Shown: piece after piece, positions 8,078-15,929 of the stretch
Layout of the letters: each line of letters starts with the position of its first letter
Numbering within the stretch: position 1 is the stretch's first letter
NCBI GenBank assembly: GCA_964549075.1
Contig: CAZJUB010000050.1
Coordinates: 1-18,846, forward strand
DNA: 18,846 nt
Direction: 5' to 3'
Origin: an uncultured archaeon
GTDB lineage: Archaea; Asgardarchaeota; Heimdallarchaeia; Heimdallarchaeales; Heimdallarchaeaceae
Translations under genes and position numbers: made by a program
The notes under the pieces: generated by a model
What the model saw: only the letters and a program-made list of their open reading frames with translations
Databases searched by the model: none
Told to the model about the DNA's origin: nothing

Positions 8078-8186
8078 TGGCGAGGCAGCCGGGATTTGAA
8101 CCCGGGTCGAAGGAGTGACAGTCCCCCATCATGGGTCAGAAAAGGTACACAACCTTTCTCTTTAGGCCGAGCTAAACTACTGCCCC
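8078..8186 (-). tRNA. tRNA-Asp(GTC) with a 31-nt non-canonical intron at position 21/22 (intron 8132-8162), encoded CCA
   Basis: The - strand reads GGGGCAG TA GTTT AGCTCGGCCTA [AAGAGAAAGGTTGTGTACCTTTTCTGACCCA] TGAT G GGGGA CT-GTC-AC TCCTT CGAC CCGGG TTCAAAT CCCGG CTGCCTC G CCA. Anticodon at 8117-8119; G73. Confidence 0.9.
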
Positions 8187-8222
8187 GTCTTTTTAGCTTC
8201 GTTTCTTTTCTCCTTCTTTTTG

Positions 8223-8231
8223 TTTTTTAAA
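8223..8231 (-). promoter_or_regulatory. TATA-like box upstream of tRNA-Asp
   Basis: TTTAAAAAA on the - strand, about 40 nt 5' of the mature tRNA start. Confidence 0.4.
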
Positions 8232-8364
8232 TATGTCGATTAATTCTAAAAAGGTTGAATTAAATCAAATTACGCTTTTCATGAATGCATCCTAATATAC
8301 ACTTACTAGTATCTGTTACTTTATTAGGAGATTCAAAAAATGTTGGTGGTTTAGAAACACAATA

Positions 8365-8934
8365 CTATTCTAAACCAACTTCTACACGTTTTTTCTCAAC
8401 AGCCCTCATTAGCTCTTTTGAGAATGTTACAAAAGCTTCTTCTACTTTTTCTCCTGTTTTCGCAGAAGTAATGAAAAATGATTCTTTTGGTAAATCTAAT
8501 TCCTCAATTATCTCGTCAATACTCTCTTGTGACACAGCAACTTGCTCTTTGAGATCTGCTTTGTTTCCAATTAGGAAATAAATCACATCTTCCTCTACAC
8601 TTTCCAATCCTTTTTTCCAAGCTTTAACAGAATTAAGTGTGTTATTTCTTGTTAAATCAAAGACCAAGAAACAACCTCTGGCTCCTCTGTAAAATTTTTC
8701 TCTGACAGAAGCAAATCTCTCTTGACCGCCAATATCACTTATTAGAAAAAGAACTTCATCCTTTCCTACGAATAATTGCTTGCTCAGAATGTCAACACCA
8801 ATAGTCATTAAATAAGATGCTTGAAATCGATTATGAACAAATCTAGTAATTAAGGAACTCTTACCTACGCCAGGATCACCTAGTAAAACTATTTTGAAGA
8901 TGTACTTCTTACCATGTCCTTCTTCTTCTGCCAT
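8365..8934 (-). CDS. Rab-like small GTPase (Ras superfamily; eukaryotic signature protein)
   Basis: FKIVLLGDPGVGKS (G1), YLMTIGVD (G2), DIGGQERF (G3), FYRGA, LVFDLT, GNKAD (G4), TSAKTG (G5). Confidence 0.95.
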   Translation of the reverse strand: MAEEEGHGKKYIFKIVLLGDPGVGKSSLITRFVHNRFQASYLMTIGVDILSKQLFVGKDEVLFLISDIGGQERFASVREKFYRGARGCFLVFDLTRNNTLNSVKAWKKGLESVEEDVIYFLIGNKADLKEQVAVSQESIDEIIEELDLPKESFFITSAKTGEKVEEAFVTFSKELMRAVEKKRVEVGLE

Positions 8935-9003
8935 AATTTTCCCCTTAACTTTTTCAGTTACTTCCTTAATATTAATGTTGTGCTTGTCTTTTGCATTATT
9001 TTC

Positions 9004-9408
9004 TCAAATATTAAATTTCTTCACAATATCCTTTGCTAAGCTCTCATCAAGTTCTGATTGTTCTGGTATTACAATAACACCATCATTTGGAAATCTCGGA
9101 ACAAGATGGAAATGAATGTGTCCTATAACTTGTCCAGCGTCCTTACCATTATTCTGGAAAATACTTATGCCTGTTGCTCCTGTTGCTTCTTTCAGCTTAT
9201 TTGTAATTATTGGAAGTTTATTCAGAAAATTCATTTCTTTATCAGGAACATCCATAATCTGTTCATAATGTTTTTTTGGAATTACTAAACTGTGACCCTT
9301 TGATATGGGGAATAAGTCTAGAAAAACTTTTACTTCTTCATCCTCATAAAGTGTATAACTAGGTATTTCTTCACGTATAATTTTGCAGAAAAGACAATCA
9401 TCAACCAT
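9004..9408 (-). CDS. HIT family nucleotide hydrolase (Hint-like)
   Basis: DCLFCKII, FLDLFPISKGHSLVIPKKH, NNGKDAGQVIGHIHFHLVPR. Start placed at ATG 9408 (MVDDCLFC). Confidence 0.93.
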   Translation of the reverse strand: MVDDCLFCKIIREEIPSYTLYEDEEVKVFLDLFPISKGHSLVIPKKHYEQIMDVPDKEMNFLNKLPIITNKLKEATGATGISIFQNNGKDAGQVIGHIHFHLVPRFPNDGVIVIPEQSELDESLAKDIVKKFNI

Positions 9409-9490
9409 TATTAATTCACTCTGTTCTTTTTCTAATGGTTTACATTTCATCTTTTTCAGTTTTTTGAATATAGAAAAATTTTGCATTAAA

Positions 9491-10558
9491 TTAATTTTCA
9501 ACAACCTTAATCTTTAAACCATCATCTTGTTGGAGAATGTAAGCTAAACCACCATTATCATTAATAGCTTCAGCGACCACATCTTCAGTTCCAGGGGAAT
9601 AAGCTAGGAAAGAACCACCATTACCGCTTCCAAGTAATTTACAGCCTATAGCTCCAGCATTCTGAGCATGATCAATGAGATTTTGCATTCTTTGTGTTAC
9701 ATTCTCAAAATACGTTTTTTGAAATTCATGATGTCTATTAATGAGGGAAGCTATTTTTTCTGGTGATGGATTTGTATTCTTCAATAATTGATATCCCTCC
9801 CTAACAACATCTCTAATTCCTAAAATTCCTAGTAATCTCTGTAAATTTAAATCCTTATTTTTCTCATATTCGAAAAAGACATCTTCAAATGAACCTAATT
9901 CTAAACTGAAATTTTCATCTCTCTCCAGCATCAACTGTATACCTTGATAAATTTCTTTTTTTCTCTTTATCAAAGTTTGAATTGTTTCTTTCTTTGTTAG
10001 AGTATCACCAATAACAATACCGTTGAGTTTAGGTTCTAATTTCTCTAAATTATAGGGCTCATGACATTCTAAATAAACTAGGTTGCCAATTACACTTGCA
10101 TAATGGTCCATCATTCCACCAGGTTCTCCCAGATTAACAACTTCTGCTACATAAGCATTCCATGCAAGTTCTTTTTCTAAAGAATTATACTGTGAAGCTT
10201 TATCAAAAAAACCTATTAAAGCTGCACAAAAAGCTGATGATGAAGATAATCCCTTACCAATTGGTAGATTAGACTTAACTGACATATTTGCGCCAAAATC
10301 CTTGGGAAAAAATTCTTGATAAATATTAAAGGCAGATCTCACGTAATCTCTTCGTTTTAAATTACGTTGTTTTTTATTGGTAAATACAATCTTTTTCTTT
10401 AAGTCTTCTAAATTTACTGAAATTTTACCACTTGTGTTTGTTCTTCCTTGAATTTCTATTCTTTGATTTATTGCCAGAGTTATTACTTCTAAACCCATAT
10501 AGTCCACATCTTCTCCAAAAAGGCACACTCTTCCAGGTGATGAAGTGACTATTTTCAT
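9491..10558 (-). CDS. GHMP kinase, galactokinase/sugar-kinase-like
   Basis: PGRVCLFGEDVDY (GalK-type N-terminal motif), PIGKGLSSSSA ATP loop, GMMDH, GAIGCKLLGSGNGG. Confidence 0.88.
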   Translation of the reverse strand: MKIVTSSPGRVCLFGEDVDYMGLEVITLAINQRIEIQGRTNTSGKISVNLEDLKKKIVFTNKKQRNLKRRDYVRSAFNIYQEFFPKDFGANMSVKSNLPIGKGLSSSSAFCAALIGFFDKASQYNSLEKELAWNAYVAEVVNLGEPGGMMDHYASVIGNLVYLECHEPYNLEKLEPKLNGIVIGDTLTKKETIQTLIKRKKEIYQGIQLMLERDENFSLELGSFEDVFFEYEKNKDLNLQRLLGILGIRDVVREGYQLLKNTNPSPEKIASLINRHHEFQKTYFENVTQRMQNLIDHAQNAGAIGCKLLGSGNGGSFLAYSPGTEDVVAEAINDNGGLAYILQQDDGLKIKVVEN

Positions 10559-10570
10559 AATAATCTATTC

Positions 10571-11893
10571 TCATTTCTCTTGATATTTCTTTGCTTCAAT
10601 TTTTAATGTATTAAAATCCAAAGTTTTGTATTTCTCATTATGATATAGGATTTTACCATCAACCATTGTCATATTTACATCTTTTCCGGAAGAAGAATAG
10701 ACTATGTGAGATATCGGATCATATAGTGGTAGAGCATTTACTTGGTCAACGTCTACCATAATTAAATCGGCTCTTTTTCCTTTTTCTATAGAACCTATTT
10801 CCTTATCCCAATTTAATGCCCTAGCACCATCAATAGTAGCCATTTGAAGGGTTCGAAAAGCTGGAAGTGCTTTTTCATTCAGAAGTTTGACTTTTTGAAG
10901 AAAAGTGGCTAATCTCATATCTCTAAACATATCAAAATTATTATTACAAGGAGGACCATCTGTACCTATTCCTACAATTACACCTAATTCGTGATATTTC
11001 ATAACATCGCAAATTCCTGAAGCTAATTTACAATTACTACTTGGATTATGTGTTATTCTAGTATTGGTTTTCTGTATTAATTCATATTCTACCTCATCAA
11101 GCCATATACCATGTGCTAGGATAGTTTCTGGTCCTAATGCATTTAGTTTATTTAAAGATTTGATATATGTATCCTTGTACATTTTTTCCACTTCAGCACA
11201 TTCAAATTGTGATTCAGAGGCATGTGTATGCAGCATTAGATCTTGATTTTCCTGCTTGGTTTCAACAATTAACTTCATTAATTTAGGAGAACATGAAAGA
11301 AGGAACCGTGCGTTTAAAGAATATTTTATTCTACCACCTTGGGTCTGATGATACTTATCTATTTGTTTTCTTGCAGTTTCAATCACAGTTTCTGTATCTT
11401 CTTTAATGATATCTGGAAAATCATTATCAGTATCCATCAACATTTTTCCAATTCTCGTTCTTATTCCGCTTTCAATGGCTGCTTTGATTGCTAACTCAGA
11501 ATCATGCGTTGTTAACATATCGTTAGTTGTCGTGGTTCCTGTCCTTATCATCTCTGCAAAACCTAGAAGTGAGGAGTAATAAACTTCCTCCGGAGTATAA
11601 TTTGCTTCACCAGGCAAAACAACCTGCCTTAACCACTCTAAAAGAGCATAATCATCTGCTTTTCCTCTTAAAAATGCTTGAACACTATGACTATGAGTAT
11701 TAATTAATCCTGGTAAGAGAATTTTATTCTCTCCATCAATAATTTGTTTCGCAGAATAATCTTTGTTGATTCTTTTTCTAGTACCAAAATCAACAATTAT
11801 TCCTTCAGAAACATATAATGCAGCATCTTTTATGATTGAATTTTGTTCATCACATGTAACCAGCATGTCAGCTTCTAAAATCGTGTCCTTCAA
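10571..11893 (-). CDS. Amidohydrolase-superfamily nucleoside deaminase (MTA/SAH or 5'-deoxyadenosine deaminase-like)
   Basis: LPGLINTHSH, HTHASES, LAHGIW, HNPSSNCKLASG, GTDGPPCNN, GSIEKGKRAD. TTG start. Confidence 0.9.
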   Translation of the reverse strand: MKDTILEADMLVTCDEQNSIIKDAALYVSEGIIVDFGTRKRINKDYSAKQIIDGENKILLPGLINTHSHSVQAFLRGKADDYALLEWLRQVVLPGEANYTPEEVYYSSLLGFAEMIRTGTTTTNDMLTTHDSELAIKAAIESGIRTRIGKMLMDTDNDFPDIIKEDTETVIETARKQIDKYHQTQGGRIKYSLNARFLLSCSPKLMKLIVETKQENQDLMLHTHASESQFECAEVEKMYKDTYIKSLNKLNALGPETILAHGIWLDEVEYELIQKTNTRITHNPSSNCKLASGICDVMKYHELGVIVGIGTDGPPCNNNFDMFRDMRLATFLQKVKLLNEKALPAFRTLQMATIDGARALNWDKEIGSIEKGKRADLIMVDVDQVNALPLYDPISHIVYSSSGKDVNMTMVDGKILYHNEKYKTLDFNTLKIEAKKYQEK

Positions 11894-11967
11894 CTTAACC
11901 AGTTTTTTTATTGTAAATAACTTAATAAATCCTATTCTTTTTTGTATTTTTGTCCAAGAGGGATTCC

Positions 11968-12627
11968 ATGATTGAGGATCAACTTGCTGAACTAACAGAA
12001 AAAATGCTCATCTGCGAAGCTTGCCATCTTAAAGATAGCAGAACTAAAGTTGTTCCTGGGATTTATGGACCTGTCAATGGATTGTGCTTTATTGGCGAAG
12101 CTCCAGGATATTATGAAGATCAGCAAGGAGTACCGTTTGTTGGACGTTCAGGAAAGTTACTAGATGAAATGCTAGCTGGTATAGGAATGAAAAGAGGAGA
12201 TGATAAAAGCATACTAAAAATAGTCAAATGTCGACCAACAACATAAGATGGAAATAATAGAACTCCCACAGAATCTGAACTTCGCTTTTGTGGCGAGAGG
12301 TGGCTATATAAACAGCTTAAACTCTTATCACCCAAACTCATTGTTACGATAGGTGGAATCCCATTACGATTTTTTATACCAGGTGCGTCTGTCACTAGAA
12401 ATATTAAGAAATCTTATGATACAAATCTTGGAATTAAGTTGTACGTAACCTATCATCCTGCCTATATTTTGCGGAATTATAATTTACTTGAAGAATATAA
12501 AGAGCACTTTGTTGATATAAAGAATCTATACGTAAATTTATTGAATAAACAAGGTTTAGATCATCCAAAAACTAAAATAATTGGATCTCAAAGTGAACAG
12601 AAATCTTTAACTGATTACTTTAAGTAA
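11968..12627 (+). pseudogene. udg: Family-4 uracil-DNA glycosylase interrupted by one in-frame TAA at 12244-12246 (pseudogene, sequencing error or recoding)
   Basis: CEACHL, FIGEAPG..ED..GVPFVGRSG, VKCRP, then T*DGNNRTPTESELRFC...PKLIVTIG...TYHPAYILR, all in one frame to TAA 12627. The two ORF-track pieces (11950-12246 and 12439-12627) share this frame. Confidence 0.85.
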
Positions 12628-12651
12628 CACATTGTTTGTTTGAAAGAATAG

Positions 12652-12658
12652 TTTATAA
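12652..12658 (+). promoter_or_regulatory. TATA box for a leaderless phosphohexomutase transcript
   Basis: GAAAGAATAG-TTTATAA ends 23 nt upstream of ATG 12682. Confidence 0.55.
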
Positions 12659-12681
12659 TTAAAGTTGAAACCTGTTGATTA

Positions 12682-14073
12682 ATGATAAAGAACTCAAAGC
12701 TTTTTGGTACAGCTGGAATAAGAGGAGCTTTCGGTTCCAAAGTTACAGCTGAATTAGTTTTTCAAGTCAGTCAAGCAGTTACAGAATTGTATCCTTCTGA
12801 AAGCATATTAGTAGGACACGATGCAAGAACTTCATCAGAAGCTTTGGGGCAATGTGCATCTGCTGCCATTTCTCTTGCAGGTGGGAAAGTATACAAAATC
12901 GGTCTTTGTACTTTTCCGGTAATTGCAAATCAAACTCTCAACAAAAAGCATTCTGTGGCAATATATATTACTGCATCTCATAACCCTCCAACAGATAACG
13001 GAATAAAGGTTTTCAGAGAAGGTCGAGAAGCTATAATGGATGAACAAGATGAAATAGAAGAGTTCATTAGACAAAGACAAGAGGCAAAATTAGGTTTCAT
13101 TTATGAAAAATGGGATAAGATTCAACAACAGCTAGAAATAACAAATGCTACTGAACAATACTTCAAGAGAATTACAAAAGAGATAACTATTGAGGGGGGG
13201 GGTAGGAGGATTATACTTGATTGCGCAAATGGTCCTATGTCAGAACTTGCTCCTTTATTACTAACACATTACGGTTTTCAGACCACTACCATCAATTCGA
13301 ATATAGATGGATTCTTTCCTGGAAGACTAGCTGAACCTAGCCCAGAAAATCTTGGGGTTCTAATAGATCTTTGTAAGAAAGAAAAGACATTAGGTATAGC
13401 TTTTGATGGTGATGGAGATAGATTAGCTGTAATAAATGAAGAGGGAGAATTTGTGGAATTATCTCGAGTCAATGCTTTTCTTGGATTACAGGCTATAGCA
13501 GAACAAGGACCAGGTAAAATAGTAGTTAGTATTGATTCATCTACAACAATTGACAGAACTGTAGAGAAAGAAGGAGCTGTTGTTGTTAGAACAAAACTGG
13601 GAGAATTGCATACAGAATGTTCAAAACTTTTGAAGAATGGAGAAAAGATCATTTTTGCTGCTGAACCATGGAAACCTATTTTTCCAAAATGGGGTTTCTG
13701 GATTGATGGATTATATGGTCTTCTAAAAATTTTGAAAGTGATAACAAGCCGTAAAACAACCGTATCTGAAGCTATGAAAAGCATTCCACTTCATATTGCT
13801 AAGAGAAAAGCTTACTATATTGATGCCAATAAAGTTGAAGAAATATTTGAAAAATGTAAATTGAAACTCAAAAAAGCGCTAGAAAACGAGAGCAAAAAAG
13901 AACTTACTATCGATGGTTTAAGATATGATCTTGAAGATAGCACATGGGTTCTAATACGTAAATCAGGAACAGAACCTAAAATTCGCATTTACTATGAAGC
14001 TCCAAACAACACCCGGTTTGAGTGGTTGGAAAACATTGTTAAAGAGTTAGAAAAAATAATCCATGAAGAGTGA
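12682..14073 (+). CDS. Alpha-D-phosphohexomutase (phosphoglucosamine mutase / PMM-PGM family)
   Basis: LFGTAGIRG, GHDART, ITASHNP (phospho-Ser), FDGDGDR (metal loop), IRKSGTEPKIRIY. Confidence 0.93.
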   Translation: MIKNSKLFGTAGIRGAFGSKVTAELVFQVSQAVTELYPSESILVGHDARTSSEALGQCASAAISLAGGKVYKIGLCTFPVIANQTLNKKHSVAIYITASHNPPTDNGIKVFREGREAIMDEQDEIEEFIRQRQEAKLGFIYEKWDKIQQQLEITNATEQYFKRITKEITIEGGGRRIILDCANGPMSELAPLLLTHYGFQTTTINSNIDGFFPGRLAEPSPENLGVLIDLCKKEKTLGIAFDGDGDRLAVINEEGEFVELSRVNAFLGLQAIAEQGPGKIVVSIDSSTTIDRTVEKEGAVVVRTKLGELHTECSKLLKNGEKIIFAAEPWKPIFPKWGFWIDGLYGLLKILKVITSRKTTVSEAMKSIPLHIAKRKAYYIDANKVEEIFEKCKLKLKKALENESKKELTIDGLRYDLEDSTWVLIRKSGTEPKIRIYYEAPNNTRFEWLENIVKELEKIIHEE

Positions 14074-14455
14074 TTTGATGGTTTCTGAAGTAATTAAAGA
14101 AGAACTTAGATTAACAAATGAAAGATTAAGACTAACTATTGTAATTCTCCTGTTTTGGGTAATATTAACGACTTTAGACATCACCTCAACAATAAATTTA
14201 GGAGAAGAAGGAACTGAATTCGTAATCTATGCTATTATGGCAACTGGAGCAATATTACTAATTTTATGTTCATTGGCTATACAAGCGCAACCTTTGATTA
14301 GTAGGATGCTAAAAAATAGAAAAAACATTGATGAATTCTGGGAAACTGAAGAAAAATTAAATCCAGATATTGAAAAGAGAAGAAAAGCCAGTGAAGCAAC
14401 TATGATTATTGGAATATTAGTTATGTTTATAGCTTTACTTTTTGTTGCTGTCTAA
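14063..14455 (+). CDS. Hypothetical membrane protein (about 3 TM helices)
   Basis: 130 aa with three hydrophobic segments. The start overlaps the mutase stop, suggesting translational coupling. Confidence 0.7.
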   Translation: MKSDLMVSEVIKEELRLTNERLRLTIVILLFWVILTTLDITSTINLGEEGTEFVIYAIMATGAILLILCSLAIQAQPLISRMLKNRKNIDEFWETEEKLNPDIEKRRKASEATMIIGILVMFIALLFVAV

Positions 14456-15430
14456 ATCTTTCTCAAACTCTTTTAATGATTGAGGAATGTCTTCTTCCAC
14501 AGATATTTTGGAAAATTCAAATGCAATTAAACCCATTAATTTCTCTCTTTGTGCCTCATCAGTTTCCATATAGATGAATCTACCATTTGGTAACTCTTTA
14601 GCGATTTTAGGATAATTTACTTGTTCATGTACTTTGTCGACAGTACCATTAGTTACAAAAACAGTTTTTTCAATCCCTGATAAGTTACCAAATAATTCAA
14701 AATCCTTTACAGCTATAGCTGTTTTTTTCCATTTACCCACATCAGCGTGTTTTATGAAATATTCTGCTCTCTCTCTTTGAACTTTTTCTTTCATTCCTCT
14801 TAACTGCATCCATTGAAAAAAGGGTTTCATTAACCTAACTAGAAAAGTGGGAAGTACTGGAGCAACATATTTCAGGATCCATTTTGGGAACCAAAGAGTA
14901 TGCATAGGATCATGCACTATAATTGTAGGTGCTTCTAGGCTATTTTCTATCAAACCTTGGAAAATTATAGCACTACCCCAACATGTGCCATGAAGAATAA
15001 AGTCCATATTTTTAAGTTTGAAATAGTTAATTACATCTTGAATATCCTTTGCTTTTTGATGCATATTCATTTTAGCATTCTTATTTAGTTTGCTACTGTT
15101 TTTCTCTCTTGTTTCTATATAATACAATTCAGTCTTGTTGTGCAAAGATTTGTAATAATCATGAAAATGTTCCTTAAAACCCCCCCATCCTGGAACAAAA
15201 ACTATGGGTCTTTTCGACAGTATATTTTTTGGTTTAATGTGATATACTCTTATTTCACCGTCATCAACAGGTACATCAAATGATTTACTAAAACCATTCT
15301 CCCAAAAGAAGGGTGCATTTTCTTGATTTGTTTGGTCCATCATCTGTTGTACTTTTTGTTTCTGTTTCTCATCAATTTCAAGTTCTGGGAAATAAAACTT
15401 AGATGGAACATGGAGCTTTGTTTGAGTCAT
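14435..15430 (-). CDS. Alpha/beta-fold hydrolase with a Cys nucleophile elbow
   Basis: PIVFVPGWGG oxyanion region, FILHGTCWG elbow, VFVTNGTVDKVH acid-residue strand. Confidence 0.8.
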   Translation of the reverse strand: MTQTKLHVPSKFYFPELEIDEKQKQKVQQMMDQTNQENAPFFWENGFSKSFDVPVDDGEIRVYHIKPKNILSKRPIVFVPGWGGFKEHFHDYYKSLHNKTELYYIETREKNSSKLNKNAKMNMHQKAKDIQDVINYFKLKNMDFILHGTCWGSAIIFQGLIENSLEAPTIIVHDPMHTLWFPKWILKYVAPVLPTFLVRLMKPFFQWMQLRGMKEKVQRERAEYFIKHADVGKWKKTAIAVKDFELFGNLSGIEKTVFVTNGTVDKVHEQVNYPKIAKELPNGRFIYMETDEAQREKLMGLIAFEFSKISVEEDIPQSLKEFEKDLDSNKK

Positions 15431-15723
15431 CCTATTTTTCTCAAAATCGTCTCATTCTTAAAATTTCTGTTATCACAAAGATATACTGTTATTTTTGTTT
15501 GATTAAAGAATCAAAAAGTGAATAAAACATGACCTTCCAATAAGTTCTAGTCATTTTTCCAGTCGAAAAAGAGGGGTTTTGAAAGAACCAGAGGTCACTG
15601 AAAGTATTTAGCACCTTATTAGAAGGTTGAACGAAAAACTAATTGAATGTATCAATAGAGAAAACATCAGAATACTATGAATTTACCGGGTTTAAATATT
15701 GATCTACTTATTATAATACAAAG

Positions 15724-15882
15724 ATGGATACACAAGCAAGAAGTACGATATTACACTCACACCATCCTACTCCTAACAAGACAATGAGAAGCTATCAAGT
15801 TGTACTCAAGTGTATCTCTCAAATTCAACGAGAAGAGATTAACCAACGATTACGAAGATTAGAAGAAAGACAAAGAATCTAG
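15724..15882 (+). CDS. Putative 52-aa small protein with a charged coiled-coil-like C-terminus
   Basis: ATG 15724 to TAG 15882 encodes MDTQARSTILHSHHPTPNKTMRSYQVVLKCISQIQREEINQRLRRLEERQRI. TTTAAATA at 15691-15698 lies upstream. The ORF is below the track's length cutoff. Confidence 0.5.
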   Translation: MDTQARSTILHSHHPTPNKTMRSYQVVLKCISQIQREEINQRLRRLEERQRI

Positions 15883-15929
15883 ATGTTGAGAGCATAGCTT
15901 TATTTACTTTTTTACTTTGATTTATTAAG

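Noticed and set aside
6499-8186. FKBP-TM-finger pair as a tRNA-integrated mobile island
   Set aside because: No integrase, no duplicated tRNA 3' end (att site) and no evident compositional shift. The two flanking tRNAs are different, complete genes.
9004-10558. Leloir pathway with the HIT protein acting as GalT
   Set aside because: The HIT motif is HIHFH (hydrolase branch), not HxHxQ, and the epimerase and mutase are in separate transcription units.
12244-12246. Selenocysteine/pyrrolysine recoding or stop-codon reassignment
   Set aside because: The codon is TAA, not TGA or TAG. TAA, TAG and TGA all terminate normal genes in this window.
13278-13784. Antisense and alternate-frame ORFs (e.g. 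13278-13784, 360-617, 8285-8581, 12120-12395, 15839-16108, 16819-17142)
   Set aside because: They are shadows of well-supported genes and have no recognisable motifs.
15522-15680. Degraded gene remnant (VLKEPEVTESI*HLIRRLNEKLIECINRE; a HicA-like GFERTRGH in another frame)
   Set aside because: Short, interrupted by stops, with no start context and no motif strong enough to call.
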